The position numbers were made by a program, and so were the translations under genes. A DNA stretch of 63,745 nt, the filler included, from Gonapodya sp. JEL0774 (taxonomy: Eukaryota), in NCBI GenBank assembly GCA_027604505.1. It is 15 parts of 15 records of this genome, joined end to end, with 100 filler letters (N's around TTAATTAATTAA, not from the genome) between each part and the next. Parts side by side here need not be neighbours in the genome. Positions count along the whole stretch, not along the records: positions 21,369 to 25,535 come from JADIIX010001029.1; positions 25,636 to 29,799 come from JADIIX010001030.1; positions 29,900 to 34,056 come from JADIIX010001031.1; positions 34,157 to 38,307 come from JADIIX010001032.1; 11 more parts are not named here. One strand, 5' to 3'. Positions 24,120 to 36,970 of this stretch are shown in pieces; position 1 is the stretch's first letter, and the number at the start of each line of letters is the position of its first letter. Under the pieces are notes generated by a model, which was not told where the DNA came from, did not search any database, and saw nothing but the letters and a program-made list of their open reading frames with translations.

Positions 24120-25535
24120 TCATACTTCAGGTTCTGCTTCATCATCATCATCTTGTCTCCAAACAACTACCCTTGAGACACTTCTTGGTCCAATCTCTGC
24201 TTGGGTACTTATATACGTAGCTGGATCCATGGTGGTAAGCCTGATGATTGCTCTGAAAATATATAAACATCAGCATTTGTATTGAGTTTTCAGGCAATCA
24301 AATAGCTCACAGTGGAAACATCCCGCTGACGCTGTGATCATGAACAAAAATGAGTGCCAATTACAATGTGTACTCGATTTTTTTCCCCAAGCATTCAACT
24401 TACCTGTTCGCAGTGATATGGCCCGCTGCCCATCCATCCCGATAAACACAAGTGATCATCACTTCTTGATTTTTTGATAGAGTAAGTTCATCTGCAATCT
24501 CGGTTGCGTACTGAAGAAAAGCATCAGGTGAGACACGATAAAAGATGATAACAACAAAAATATGGAAACACGAACATTTGCTACAACAATCCCAGGTATT
24601 TGACAAGCAATTCCAGCGGTACCCAGACGCTCGCTTGGGTTAAGAAGGCTGTAAAGCCAATGAGCCTCCTGAGTCACAGTAGAGTTGGAGTCGCCCGATG
24701 TCAGAGCTTGTGAATATGGTGTAGTCACAGTAGATTTGGGGTTTGATGGTCGTGGATATGGTGGTAGAGCCATACTTTCTCCGGTGAACACAAAATCGTT
24801 GCCACGTGACATTTCACGGTGTGATTTTCTCCGCCTCCAGAAGACAGAAACGGCTATGACAGTGATCAAAGTAACACCAGCTGCAACACCAGCAATGAGA
24901 GGCCATTTCAAGTTTGAATCGCTGGATGAAGCAGACTGAAATTCCACCGGATTCAACGTAGGTGATGCGAGTGAAGAAAACGTGGACTCCACAGATGAAG
25001 TGGGGGACGAAGACGCCACAGAGGACGGAGCAGCTGACGGTGGCGATGAAGGAGGTACAAAAGGGATGTATGCAGGTGGTGGAGGTGGTGGTGGTGGAGG
25101 AGATGGCGGTGGAGGTGGAGGAGGTGGTGGTGGTGGAGGTGGTGGAGGTGGTGGTGGCAGTGGAGATGTCGGTGGAGGTGGTGGTGGTGGTGGAGATGGG
25201 GGAGGTGGTACAGGAGAAAGACAACCTGTATATGAACAGATGCCTGCATTTGATGTAGATGGAGCATTCTAATTTTGTAACGTCAGATTAGAGTGTGTGA
25301 TCGGATAGTTCGAACAACTCATACATACACAATAGAACCGAGTAGTTGGCGGACAGCAATAAAATCCTTTGTCCGCAGGTGCTAGAGCGCAAATAGTTCC
25401 TTGACTACACATATTCGAGGGTTGGCCTTGAACACAGGTGTTTGAAGGGCATGGATCCGCTGAGCACACTCCTCCACTCTGCTGACTTGTTGCGTACTAT
25501 AAAACAAACACATCCGGTCACTCATTCCACCAACA
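24120..25535 (-). CDS. Cys-rich/polyproline-TM-SH3 membrane protein (5' truncated, multi-exon)
   Basis: Cys-rich exons, poly-P, TM WPLIAGVAAGVTLITVIAVSVFW followed by RRRK, SH3 YATEIADELTLSKNQEVMITCVYRDGWAAG|..GMFPL, stop at 24120-24122. Confidence 0.75.
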
Positions 25536-25635
25536 NNNNNNNNNNNNNNNNNNNNNNNNNNNNNNNNNNNNNNNNNNNNTTAATTAATTAANNNNNNNNN
25601 NNNNNNNNNNNNNNNNNNNNNNNNNNNNNNNNNNN

Positions 25636-26114
25636 ACGACAAAAACGTTAGGCGCCGGTTCCGAGCTTCGAATTATCAGGTGATTGGTGGTGGTTTTGCT
25701 TTGCGTCCCAGTACTGCTTGTTAACCGAACCTCGCATCCATGAACAAACGCTTACATGCACCGCTTCCCAATAACTTCACCCTCATTGTTTGTGTGAAGT
25801 CGACCACACGCGTGAAACCCTTTATCTGCACCATGCCTATGCGGCTTGATGACGGATGGAACCAGATTCAGTTCAACCTGTCAGACTTCACTCGACGCGC
25901 GTACGGAACCAACTATATCGAGACGTTGCGTGTGCAAATACACGCGAACTGCAGGATACGGCGGATTTACTTCTCGGACAGACTGTACTCGGAAGAGGAG
26001 CTACCACCCGAGTTCAAACTGTGAGTCTTAAAAAGCACTGAGAGAATGAATTGCAAAGAGATTGTAACCACATTCTTTTTCCAAAGGTACCTACCGGTCT
26101 CCCAGAACAAGTAA
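25636..26114 (+). CDS. CFAP20: Cilia- and flagella-associated protein 20, 3' part
   Basis: [91 protein letters not shown] closely matches FAP20/BUG22. Confidence 0.97.
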
Positions 26115-26318
26115 ACACGAACATAGTAATCCTTCGAATTAGGCAACACGCACTGGTGTAAATATTTTACTCATGTACGCTCGACACGTGTATATATACA
26201 TTTCATTTATGGTGGAAATAGCGTGTTCCACAGGTACGCAGGACCTCACCCAAGGCGCTCCTCATTTTGAGACAGGATCACATGTCTTGGCGGTTGCTTC
26301 TACCCTCATTGTAATCCT

Positions 26319-28924
26319 ATGGCATCGACTCCACTGCTCCACTCAACAGATGAAACAGATGAACAAAAATCGTCGAAGTCCTTTGGCGAGGACGGCCTCA
26401 TTCGCGACAGTGACGGCAAGGACAATGGGGTTGTTGGTGAACGAGAACTGGAGGGGACCGGTGGGCAAGAGCTAAGCGACGCGGGAAAAAAGTTACTTAA
26501 CAATCGTGAGTCATTGATCTATGATACGATCATCTTGTGTTGGAATGTATCAATCGAAGGTGGTTTTGCACAGAACCCGCGGCACTCCCAACAATCTCTC
26601 CCAGACCTCCTCCCCCGCGGCCGCCTTTGAGCATGTCCAGCCCCAAGCTCGAGAACGGTTCTTCGCACCTTGACACCCGCTTCAACTATAGCGAGGTCTC
26701 CAATGACGCGGCGCAGAGACTTCTTCCTGGCCCGTTTGTCCGACATCACCAAAAGTGCGCGATTTGTGGAGCATCGGAACCAGAAGTGCATGTGGCAAAT
26801 CTACGACCAAAGCTAGGAAGTGCGCTGCGGAAGCGATATCCTACCAAAATTGCAGGAAAGGAGTTCATATGTGGAAGTCACTTGGTAGATGTACTTATGT
26901 ACACGTCAAATCAGCTCTTAGAAGAGGACGCAGTCGAAAGAGGTCGGTTCCAAGTGAGCAAAACTCTGCTCTTTGAATCAGGGAAATATTTGATGAGACA
27001 TTGCTCTGCGCATACACTAGGAATTGGCACTGCAGAACATGGGCCAATACCTCATGAAAGAAAATCGCTGGCAGGAAAAATTTGACCGGGCTGCTACCTT
27101 CGGGGAAAAAGCTGCCGATGCAGTTGCCCGACAAGGGGGATCGTGGAGGTGAGATGGCGACCAGCGTAACCTACCACAATAATCTTTCATTTTGGCATTG
27201 CAGATTTGTCATCGGACTTATCTCGTTCCTTGCATTTTGGATGGGGCTTAACTCCATCCTTGCCACTTTTGGATCAGCGTGGGATCAGTACCCATTCATC
27301 CTCCTTAATCTCATCTTGTCAACACTCGCCGGTAAGCTGGACAGGTGTGAACTCTCTGGTTGCAGCGTTTGATTAACAAACAATGACATTTATGTCTTTG
27401 AACACACAGCTTTCCAGGCCCCGATTATTATGATGTCTCAGAACCGTCAATCTCAGATCGACCATGTCGTCAACGACTATGTTTCGACCACTATCTTGCG
27501 GTGTAAGTCGTACGTGCTAAAAATTGTCAAGTGTCGTCTTCAATTCCCAGAAATTGTGGTTCTACAGCTGAGCAACAAATACGCCAAGTAGGTGCCAAGA
27601 TGGACCTTCTGGTTAACAACCAATGGCGGCGACTACTCGAAATTCAGGTACGGAAAGTTCATAGACATGAATTGAGTGAATCCGAACTCGTTTTGCGCTA
27701 TGCTAGGAAATTGAGCTGGATCTTATACGCACAATGTATGGCACTCATCGTTCTGGTAATGCCTTCCCGACTCTGAGGAGTCGGCAGTACTCATATGGCG
27801 GCATTCCGGGGACACTGGAGCGCCGAGACACTCAACCGGCACTTCTGAACGTTTGGTCCGCAGAAGTACAGCCGGACGGCCATTTGCAATTCTTACTCCG
27901 AAGCTTTCTCGGTAATCCTGGAGTTGATGATCAACTGGTATTTTCTCACTGGGTGAGCATGTGATCTGGGTAAAGTGCATCCCGTACTTCCAACTTAAAA
28001 CATTGTTCAAAACAAGCTCCACGATGGAGATAACTTTATAGGCACGATATCTGATATTAAAATAGATAGTCGTCACGGAAAGCTCAGAACAGTCACATAC
28101 ACCCTTCTACTTTCGGATCCCAACGCAAATCTAGACGATTTACTGTCAGGGGATAACGTAGTCTGGATTCGCAACGACTTTGATGTCACTTGCATGGACA
28201 TGGGAGGACAAATTCGCCGGATTACTATCAAGTGGTCGGATGGCACAACAGATACCTTTGCCAACGGAGACCTACCGCCGAGGTACAAACCAGCATTCGC
28301 ACTCACCCGCTCCGATAAGATAACCCAAACTTGGAAACGGACACTTGAGAGCTTAATGATCACATATCAACCTGCCCCAGCGATTGCTCTTTTGAAACTG
28401 GGAAATGGGGAGGTCTTGCACAGCATCGTGTGCGAATTCCACCCACCTGAAGATCTGCAAGCCGCTAGAACTCCGCAATCGCGATTGTACGCAATAAAAT
28501 TAAGTGACGTAGATGGGACAACGTTAATTGAGGTGAGTCAAATCATTCAGCAATATAATTCATAGTTATCAACTTTTGTGCTCTTGATCAGAATGGTGCC
28601 GCGATAAACAAGACTGAGAAAGATGTTCCCATAAATTTGGAGAGTATTTTACCCAAACTTGTCTCTGATCCGGCACACGATTCAACCTACCTTTCAGATG
28701 GAACAGAGCTCCTCGCTTACTATGATTGGCCCAGTGGTGCGGTCACAGGCACAGTTAAGGCTGCAGCAAGCGGCACTGGAGACAAAGGAATTCTCACTGG
28801 GGTGACCGGAACGGTTTCGGTGAACCGGCCTTTTGAGGGACCGGGTGTGTGGGCGCTGTGGTGCATTGACAGTAAGGTTTCCCTCCACGGACCGTTGGAG
28901 ACCCTCTTGACGGAGGAATCATGA
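26319..28924 (+). CDS. DUF1003 membrane protein with long C-terminal extension (multi-exon)
   Basis: CAIC...LRP.L...FIC..HL, TFGEKAADAVARQGGSW|RFV...WMGLN, DQYPFILLNLILSTLA|AFQAPIIMMSQNRQ and AEQQIR....KMDLL..QWRRLLEIQ form the DUF1003 signature. Confidence 0.85.
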
Positions 28925-29250
28925 TGCAATCATTGTATGTACGTTAAGCATATTTAGTGGAAAGCGAAAAAACAATTTTATTTCAGACAAACAATAAAAC
29001 GTGATTCTGTGGTCGATTGATGTCGCCACTTCTTACTCCTGATGGCCAGCCAGTATTGGGAAATAAACCTATACCACTGAGTGGTAACTAGTTGTTGCAA
29101 GAAAACAGGAATACCCTGCAGAATTCATATCAAGTATACACGGGTACATTATCCAGTATAGCAGTGGTACGGTGTGTGTTGGGGTCAAATGGCAGTTTGC
29201 AAGTGTTCAGAGGGTATCGCTAACCAACAGGGGAATCAATGGCGAATCAA

Positions 29251-29745
29251 TCAAACGTCCTCCTCTTCTTCCTCCTCCTCCCCGTCCTCCTCCTCTTGTT
29301 CCTCTTCATCGTCTCCTTGGTCAAACGCTGTTGCGCACAGGAAAGGTGATCGAAGAATGAAATATTCACATCAGGGAGTAACCGGTCCTGGTAGCTTTGA
29401 TACTCACACATGTCATCTTCTTCCTCATCGTACCAAAAATCATCCTCCACTTCTACCTCTTTGACGCGTTTGACGACAAAGTCCTCAGCTGGTGTCAAGA
29501 GCGGGGTAAACAATCAAACATCATCAAAGAGTACACGAGATGGGTTCCAACCTGTGAGGGGCATTTTCAAGTCGGCGGGTATGTCCTTCTTAGATTTCTC
29601 CACCTGTTCCTTCACCGTTGCGTTGTATGCTGCTCGGTCCTTTCGGTACAATACGGCTGGCGAGTTCCGAACCGATGTCAGGCATTCATAGGACAAACGG
29701 AGATATTTTCTTACCAGCATCGACGTTGGCAGGTGAAGAGCAGTT
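29251..29745 (-). CDS. CDC34: Ubiquitin-conjugating enzyme Cdc34/Ubc3-like, 3' part
   Basis: VLLSIVSLLNDPNCSSPANVDA|AVLYRKD...VKEQVEKSKKDIP, DDFWYD and an acidic tail. Confidence 0.85.
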
Positions 29746-29899
29746 GGGGTCGTTCAGAAGGGAGACAATTGAGAGAAGGACACCTTCGTGAAGGAAAAAN
29801 NNNNNNNNNNNNNNNNNNNNNNNNNNNNNNNNNNNNNNNNNNNTTAATTAATTAANNNNNNNNNNNNNNNNNNNNNNNNNNNNNNNNNNNNNNNNNNNN

Positions 29900-30619
29900 G
29901 GAGAAAGTGGGATGATGTAAGCTCAGTCAAAGGATTCAGATGGAGCAGAACAAAAGTAACATGTATGGACCAAATTTCAGAAACCACCAGGAATAAAACT
30001 TGGTTCTGTCGTTGATCAGCGAGGTGCACTCACCGAAGTTGATTCCAGTGTTCATGTTGACATCCCCGAAGAGTTCCTTTTCCTCCCGGGGATTTTTTGG
30101 CTTGACCCACGAGCGACCAGCTTGGGCCTCATCGTTGGGATCCACTTGGAAGTTCAGCATACTCCGAGACCTGTCACCGAAACCTCCACCTCCTCGGTTC
30201 AGCCCGCTGTCGGATCGCTCCCAGGGCTTTCGGTCACCACCATAACCTCCATCATAACCACCTCCACGGTTGTTGCTGTAGCTACCATTGCTGTGGAACG
30301 AATCTCCCCTGCTCATGCTGCCATTAGATGGTGCGCCCCACCCAACCCCAGACTTTGGTCCCTGTTGGAAACCGTTCGACTGCGGAGCGCCGTCCCAGCC
30401 ACCAGACCCGGTAGTGGGAAGGGGGTTTTGGCTTGGAGGACGCGAGCGGAGGTGCGGGCTAGAAATCAGTCGGATAAAAGGGGGACAGTTTCACACAACA
30501 GACAGTGTCCACGAAACAAAGGCAGGCACCCACGGCACATATGCCCCTCTTAAAGCCGGCGTTTCTGCCTTGATGCCCATTTGGGCGAACTTGGCCTCGA
30601 TGTCTGTTGCGTCTGTCAT
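29900..30619 (-). CDS. DED1: DEAD-box helicase Ded1/DDX3, N-terminal part
   Basis: YVP|PHLR motif, RGG-rich region and NPREEKELFG...NTGINF. Confidence 0.88.
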
Positions 30620-31032
30620 GACCTGAATGCTGTTGACGCGTGTTGGGCGAATGAAGCAGATCGGCGTCAGCAACGCGAAGCGGATGAACAGGCACCATCA
30701 GAAGGCAAACACCGTCGTCTCGAGAGTTTGCTTATGACGTAACGACGCTTTGTTGGGCGCTCCGCCAGTCGCTACTCACAATGATTTTGTGCGGTGCAAG
30801 TGTTCGAGAAGAAGAGAAAAGTGGCTGGACTCCTGCACCGGTTGTATGTAGCCATCTTTTTTGAAAGCAAGTTATTTGTTCTTCGAAAATGGCCATTTTC
30901 TTCAGAAAAGTCTGAACGAGAGAGACCAACATATATTCTGCGAGTAACGAGGTCCGCACTGATCTGTGAATCCCAGTGAAGCACTTAATATCCTTTCAAT
31001 ATACGATCCCATCATGGAACTAGCATGTTTCC

Positions 31033-34000
31033 CTAGTCTCGATACCGTCCCTTGTACTTCTCTGTCCAGTCAATGATCATGGACCTCAAGGTGTAGTTGG
31101 GAGCCTGAATGTGCACTTAGGTCAGCCTGAAGTAGTACTGACGCGGACATTTGTCCAATACTCACCAATCGCACTTGTCCAGAAAACTTCAGGCCAGTGA
31201 TGGGAGAAGTGTGCTTGTGCTGGATCCATGTGCGGATAGGAACTTCCTCGTACGTGTGTCCGTCCGGAGCTAGAGAGAAGTGCGACGATAGCGACTGGGC
31301 CGAAAACACCCCGAGATAGAAACCATAATGGTAATAATAACTCAAACTCACCAACAACTGGATGCTTCATGATCTCGTGAGTAATAGGGCATTTGAACGT
31401 TGACGGCACCTCGACCAACTCTGGTTCCACAGGAGGGGTCGGCGGCGAGGGCATCCTCGGCACTTCTATTTGTGGTGTGCCAGTACTTCCGATCAGGTCA
31501 GAGGCACTTCCGGATACCTGTGCCGCATTCATCGCGTTCAATTTGCGAATCGCTTGCCGGAGCTTTACCCTTGCCCCGACGACAAGTCCCATGGCCTCGA
31601 AATCCTGGTCTTCAAGAAGCTTCAGGGTTTCCAGATCGATTTGCTGCTCCGCAAACAGCTGCACATACTGCTGCAGGTTCAGCGAGACCAGTATCGACTC
31701 CACCGACGCTGTAGGCATGGGCGGAGGCGGGGTTGGCAGCCCAGGTGAAGGAAGTGCCACATTCTGGGATTCAATCATCGAAACAGCAGTTCCACGCTGT
31801 ACAGGCAGAGGAGAAGTTGGCGCGGAAGTTGGAGGGCTGGGCGCTGCTTGGAACACCAAAGGCGCCGCAATATTAGGCGCCGATGTTAACGACGCGGTAT
31901 TCACACGCTCCCACTCAGCAGGTGGAGGAGCAACTGCGGGCATGGTCACCGAGGAGGCCGTTCGTGGCGGAGTCATCATCTCCGAAGCAGACGACCGGGC
32001 GATGGCCGGCTGCTGAGCAGTTTCGGTTGCCGACGAGGACCAGGACGAAGTGGAGGAAACAGCTCTGCTCACCGCTGTCGAGCCAGAAGACACAGTCCTC
32101 GAGGACGCAGCTGGAGGCTCAGGCTGTGGAAGTTTCTTCCAAGTGTGCTGGTCCGCGTATTGGCATTCAGCGCCCCTTGCGCATGCGCCATCCTCGTTCT
32201 TCTTGCACTTTTTGGTGCCTCCCCACACGCCAACTTCCACAGTAGGGTCGTAACCTGTCATATGGTAGAAGTTGCACTTGGAGCCTTTGTAACAGTTGCG
32301 ATTCTATCGGAGTGTGATACAATATTAAACACATTCACTCGACGTTCAACCAAGGAACGTGACGTGGATGCAACAGCTCTTGAAACTTACTTGAGAAAAG
32401 AACTTGCAAGGAATAACACGTCGAACTTCGTGGGGCGCCACTTGCCGCGGCGGCATAACCACAGCATGCAACTGGGGTCCGACTCCCCGCGAGCTGTTAG
32501 CAGATGGGTCGGCTTTTGGTTGCGCCAAACTTGCATTTGCTGCTCCATTTGCTATTCGAGGAGGTGCAACGGCAGGAACAGCGGCTGCATGACCCTGTAC
32601 CAACTTGGCTGCGACTTCAGGATTGACCTGCAGTGGTCTTGTGGGAGGAGGGACAGGTGCAACGATCGCAGGCGGGCTTGCTTGCACTCTGCTCGCCTGG
32701 GTTGCGGAGGTTGTGGGTGCCGCGTTACCCCCAGCAGCTTGGCCATATGCCTCGGCGAACATTCTTCTCTCCCTGTCAAAATCAAACTCGGAGTCATCCT
32801 TCGCGGGTTCAATGGCCCCGTATTGGGCCTTAAACTTCGCCTCCCGGGTTTCCGCAAGCCTCGCCTCTAGTTCAGCTTGTTGCTGCACCTCGGCGAGTTT
32901 CTTCTTCGAGGTTACGGTCCTCCAATCCTGCTCGAGCCTAGTTTTGTCGCTGTCCAACTTGCTTGCAGCTTCATCAACTTATCCCTCTCCTTAGGAAACA
33001 AGTCCATTCTCTTCATAGCCGCGGCCACAACACAGCGGACACGGTCGTGGGGATGCACCATACGCCATCTGGGGAGGTACTCAACGAACTCGCTATTTTG
33101 GATGAGCTCCAACGTGGCCTTGGGTATGATGGCCTCAATATCTATAATAGCCTCAGAGGTGGTGTCCAAGCGAGCATGCTTGCGGTTGCGGCCGAGGCCG
33201 GCCACTTGGTCAGCGGTGAGACTGATCTCTCCCGGAACGATAACAGTCAGCTACACGATATTCGGTCTCATCAATGTTACACTATGTTGCACTGATATTC
33301 ACGAGAACTCACTCGTCCGACGTTTGCAATCACGCTATTTACGTGTTGTTGCAGCATGTTCCTCACAGAAGCGTGAAGCTCTTGGGCAGGTGGCATATCA
33401 ATGATTCCCACCGCAAAGTCGATACCCAGTCCCGAAGTGTCGCCTTCAGCGAGCGTAGTCTGCTGCCAGAGGGTAAGCCTTTTGCGCGATGATTAAGACG
33501 AATAGTCAACATTATACGTAAGATGATGGTACAACTCCGAGCAAGTCCGGAAAAGAAGACACTTACTTGTCTTTCCATATCGCCATTTCTGCTTTTTCAG
33601 ACCTATTGTTCGTCAGAGTTTGAATCCACTCCTCGGCCCTCGCGATCACATCCCTATCCACACCCGTCCACTTTGCGTTTTCTATTCCGGCCTTCAACTC
33701 CGTGATACGCTCATCAATCCTCCCTGCGCTTCCCCGACCGCCTTCATCTTCTACACTTCTCAAAATTAATTCCAGCTCGTCCGAGGCTTTCCTCCGCTTT
33801 TCGTATCGTTCCATCTCTGCTGCTCGCTTTGACGCATCTCTTGCTATGGAGGGGTCTTCGACAAAGACGTGAAGGGGCATGGACCACGGTCCAAGTCCGA
33901 TATGGTTGCAACCGCGGGCGCGGAGGGCCCACTCGCCAGCGGAGAGATGGTCCACAGTGTAATGCGTGGACCCGGTAGGGAAAATGTGCTTGATGTAGTT

Positions 34001-34056
34001 GGAACCGCTTTTAGACGGACTATGAGACATGTTGGAACGAAAAAGTCGTCATCGGT
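31033..34056 (-). CDS. FN3 - helical region - 2x CCCH-type zinc finger - SAM - U-box protein (5' truncated, one apparent frameshift near 32962)
   Basis: FN3 YTVDHL....WALRARGCNHIGLGPWS. Zinc fingers CKFFSQ|NRNCYKGSKCNFYH and CKKNEDGACARGAECQYADQH. SAM SVESILVSLNLQQYVQLFAEQQIDLETL..L...D...MGL..GARVKL. U-box PSTFKCPITHEIMKHPVV|APDGHTYE...I..W......SPITG....L|APNYTLRSMI. Confidence 0.85.
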
Positions 34057-34156
34057 NNNNNNNNNNNNNNNNNNNNNNNNNNNNNNNNNNNNNNNNNNNN
34101 TTAATTAATTAANNNNNNNNNNNNNNNNNNNNNNNNNNNNNNNNNNNNNNNNNNNN

Positions 34157-36970
34157 GATGACTCATCCAACCACTTCCCCAAATCATCTCCGGAGTCCAA
34201 ATCCAGTGTATACAAATTATTGTGTCACCAATGGTATCATCCAAGACTTCACAAAGTATGACACCATCAGGAACTGAAAGGATTGGTAGACCTTCCATGT
34301 TATCAATGTAGGGTTGCAAATCTACAGACAGTGTCGGAAACTTATTCTCCAATAAAGATCTGTCACTAACAGGTATGTCTGTGTAAGCCACAACTGGCTG
34401 AGGAAGGTGAAATAAATCAATACTGTGTTTGACTTCCTGTAGAAGTTGTCCTGTAGCATCATGGCTGACTGATTGCACAATGGCACCTTTTCTTATTTTT
34501 CCATCCCCATTTGCAAGCACAAAAAATGCGGCACCAACAGACTATCCCTCAAAGCTTACACCTCTCTTAATAATCTAGTATTGAAAGGTCAGACTGCACA
34601 AGGCAAAGTGAAACTGCTAGAATCAATTTACCTTGTATGTGTGATCCATGGCTATTATCTTCATGGGAACCCTCTGAGCACAAGCTTGATATAATGGGTG
34701 CAGTCTCTCAGAATATAGCATGATGCTGTTCCTCCACCATGAAGCTAACAAATACTGCATATGAGACACAAGTATAAGACGGTATTGGAAAATGTACCCA
34801 CCACTTGGAACAAAGCCATTGTACTTGGTGCGATCATTAAAGTCCCCAAAAGCAGGCTTTGAGAAATTATGCTTCAAAGGTATATGATGGAAGAAGCTCT
34901 CTGCATTTGCCTTTTCAAGCTGAAGTCTTGAGAGAAATAATGCAGCATTGTCGTACTGTGCATGACATTTAAGAAATTCTGCTACATGTAACTCCAGTAT
35001 CCATTTGCTGAAGGCATTGATAGATATCCCTGCATCTCGTGCTGAAAGAAGCTCTCTCAACTGTGTGACATCAACTGCCAATTTATGAGACAGAAAAAAT
35101 GGAAATGACAGTTGGATGAAAGTTGGAAGTCCCTGAAGAAAGTCACTGTCCCAAGATCTAAATGTCTGTTTACAGGGTGAACATTTTAATCTCTGCCCAA
35201 TGATGAAGCAGTTACGAACACGTCCAATAGCAATTCGAACATAAAGATCTTGCCCATGAGATTGCACATTTGTAGATTTGCATCTGTGACATGTCACAGC
35301 AGAAGGGAGCTTCTTCCATGCAACAAGTGGAAGCCAAATGAAGATGTCTTTCTCATAGAAAGGGCTTGGATCAATCCCAGAAGAACTGCCACTGCAAGCA
35401 TGGTTGATTGATGTTACAGCAGAAAAGTAAAGGTCCCCTTTTTGAATTTTCTCAAAATAAGGACCCTGGCCCTTTTTAACTTGTTCTTTGAGATCAGCAA
35501 TAAATCTCTCAAGTTGCTGTTTTACAAGAAATACATGTGAGCATTGGGGAAGAATAAAGTTGTGCATATTCTTACTTCAGGCAGTACTGAAGACTTGTCA
35601 TTGTATTCAGGGCAATCTTGATCAACATTAACCAGGTTGTTTGCACCATAGTGCCCCTGATTTTCATTGTTATCTCCTTGGACATCTTCTGGCAATTCAG
35701 CATTTGAAAATCGTGTAGTACTATCAGCATCTGCAAAGAAGTCATGTGTCTGTGCTTCTGGAAAAGGGACAGAATCTCTGCTCTTAGCTTCGATAGATTG
35801 TGGGGCTGTCATCTGAATGTGATGTGCCTTTACAAATGTAGCAACACCAGGAGCAGATTGATACTGCAGTAGTTCTTCAATATCAACAGCTGCAGGTCTT
35901 GAATCTTTGTCCGCCAAATACTTCAAAAGAACATAATGTGCACCCAAATGCTGACCCTGAAGCATGACATGTATGACAAACTTAGGAGTAAGAACAAGTG
36001 GCTTTCCAACAAGGGTATGAAAGAAGTCAACAGGAGACTGCCTCATATGGAGAACTAAGTGAACTTGAACTAATGATAGAAATGCTTCAATTGCAGGAGT
36101 GTCAAAATATGTGGCTGGATTTCCCAACTTCCTCAACATATCATCCCAGCTTGAAGCTCCTTCAATAATGTGCATTTTCTCATAGCTGTGTTTGTTCCTT
36201 TTAAGCTCTTCAATAGTCTTCATTCTCCACATTTTAGCCTGAATCTTAACATAAGAAGGGCTGGCACTGGGATTCATTCCCTGCAGTACAGCCATTAAGA
36301 AGCAATCGCCATCACCAGGAGGATTGTATAGAACTGAGAAGCCTAAAGGTGGATAGGTGTACATGTCTGATCTTGGGGGTGCTGGCTCTACTCAAAGGAG
36401 TGTGAATGCCTTAAGAAATCACACTTCACATCTCAACCATTACCAACCATGTGTACGTATGATTTCTTGCAATGTGGTATCACCTGCATGATCCCATCTC
36501 CTGAAGCATTTTGTCTCCCTCTGCAAAGAGTTGCAAAACTTGCACTTTCCAGAAACTTCATCTGGCTCAAAAGGCTTATGACTTTCCAATATCTGATGTA
36601 CAACTTCAACATCTCTTGCTGACACTAGACTGACAAGCTCTCCATCAGATGTTTCAGCTTCTTCATTGTCATTGTAATCTTCCCACAAGGCTTCGTCAGC
36701 TACTTCAACATCAGTATCTCTCTGTGTCAAAGGGTCTGGTGACTCTGACCTCTCTGACTGAGACGTTGCTTGAGATCCACCAATGAAACTTTCCAACAAC
36801 ATCTGCAAGCCATTTGGGGGTATAAGCGAATTACTCTGAAAACCCTTTGTTCTGTTTTTTGATCCTGGTGGTCTGCCAGCTCCTGCACGTACACTCCCTT
36901 TATTCTGTCTGAGACTTGAATTATGAGAGCTTTTCTTTGGTCCTGGTTTCCTTGTCAGCATTTTATGCAA
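34157..36970 (-). mobile_element. Dada-like DDE DNA transposon gene (AT-hook, OTU-like protease, DUF6729-like region, transposase N-half), intron-containing and inactivated
   Basis: AT-hook GRPPGSKN. OTU-like PGDGDCF..AV...HY. DUF6729-like C..CKS......G...R......FI.G.R..C..C..TF.SWD...L..LP.....FP..LSH. Transposase MDHTYK|...FFVLANGDGKIR...QPVVAYTD...D...LE..FPTL. In-frame TAG at 34542-34544. Strong CpG depletion. Confidence 0.65.
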
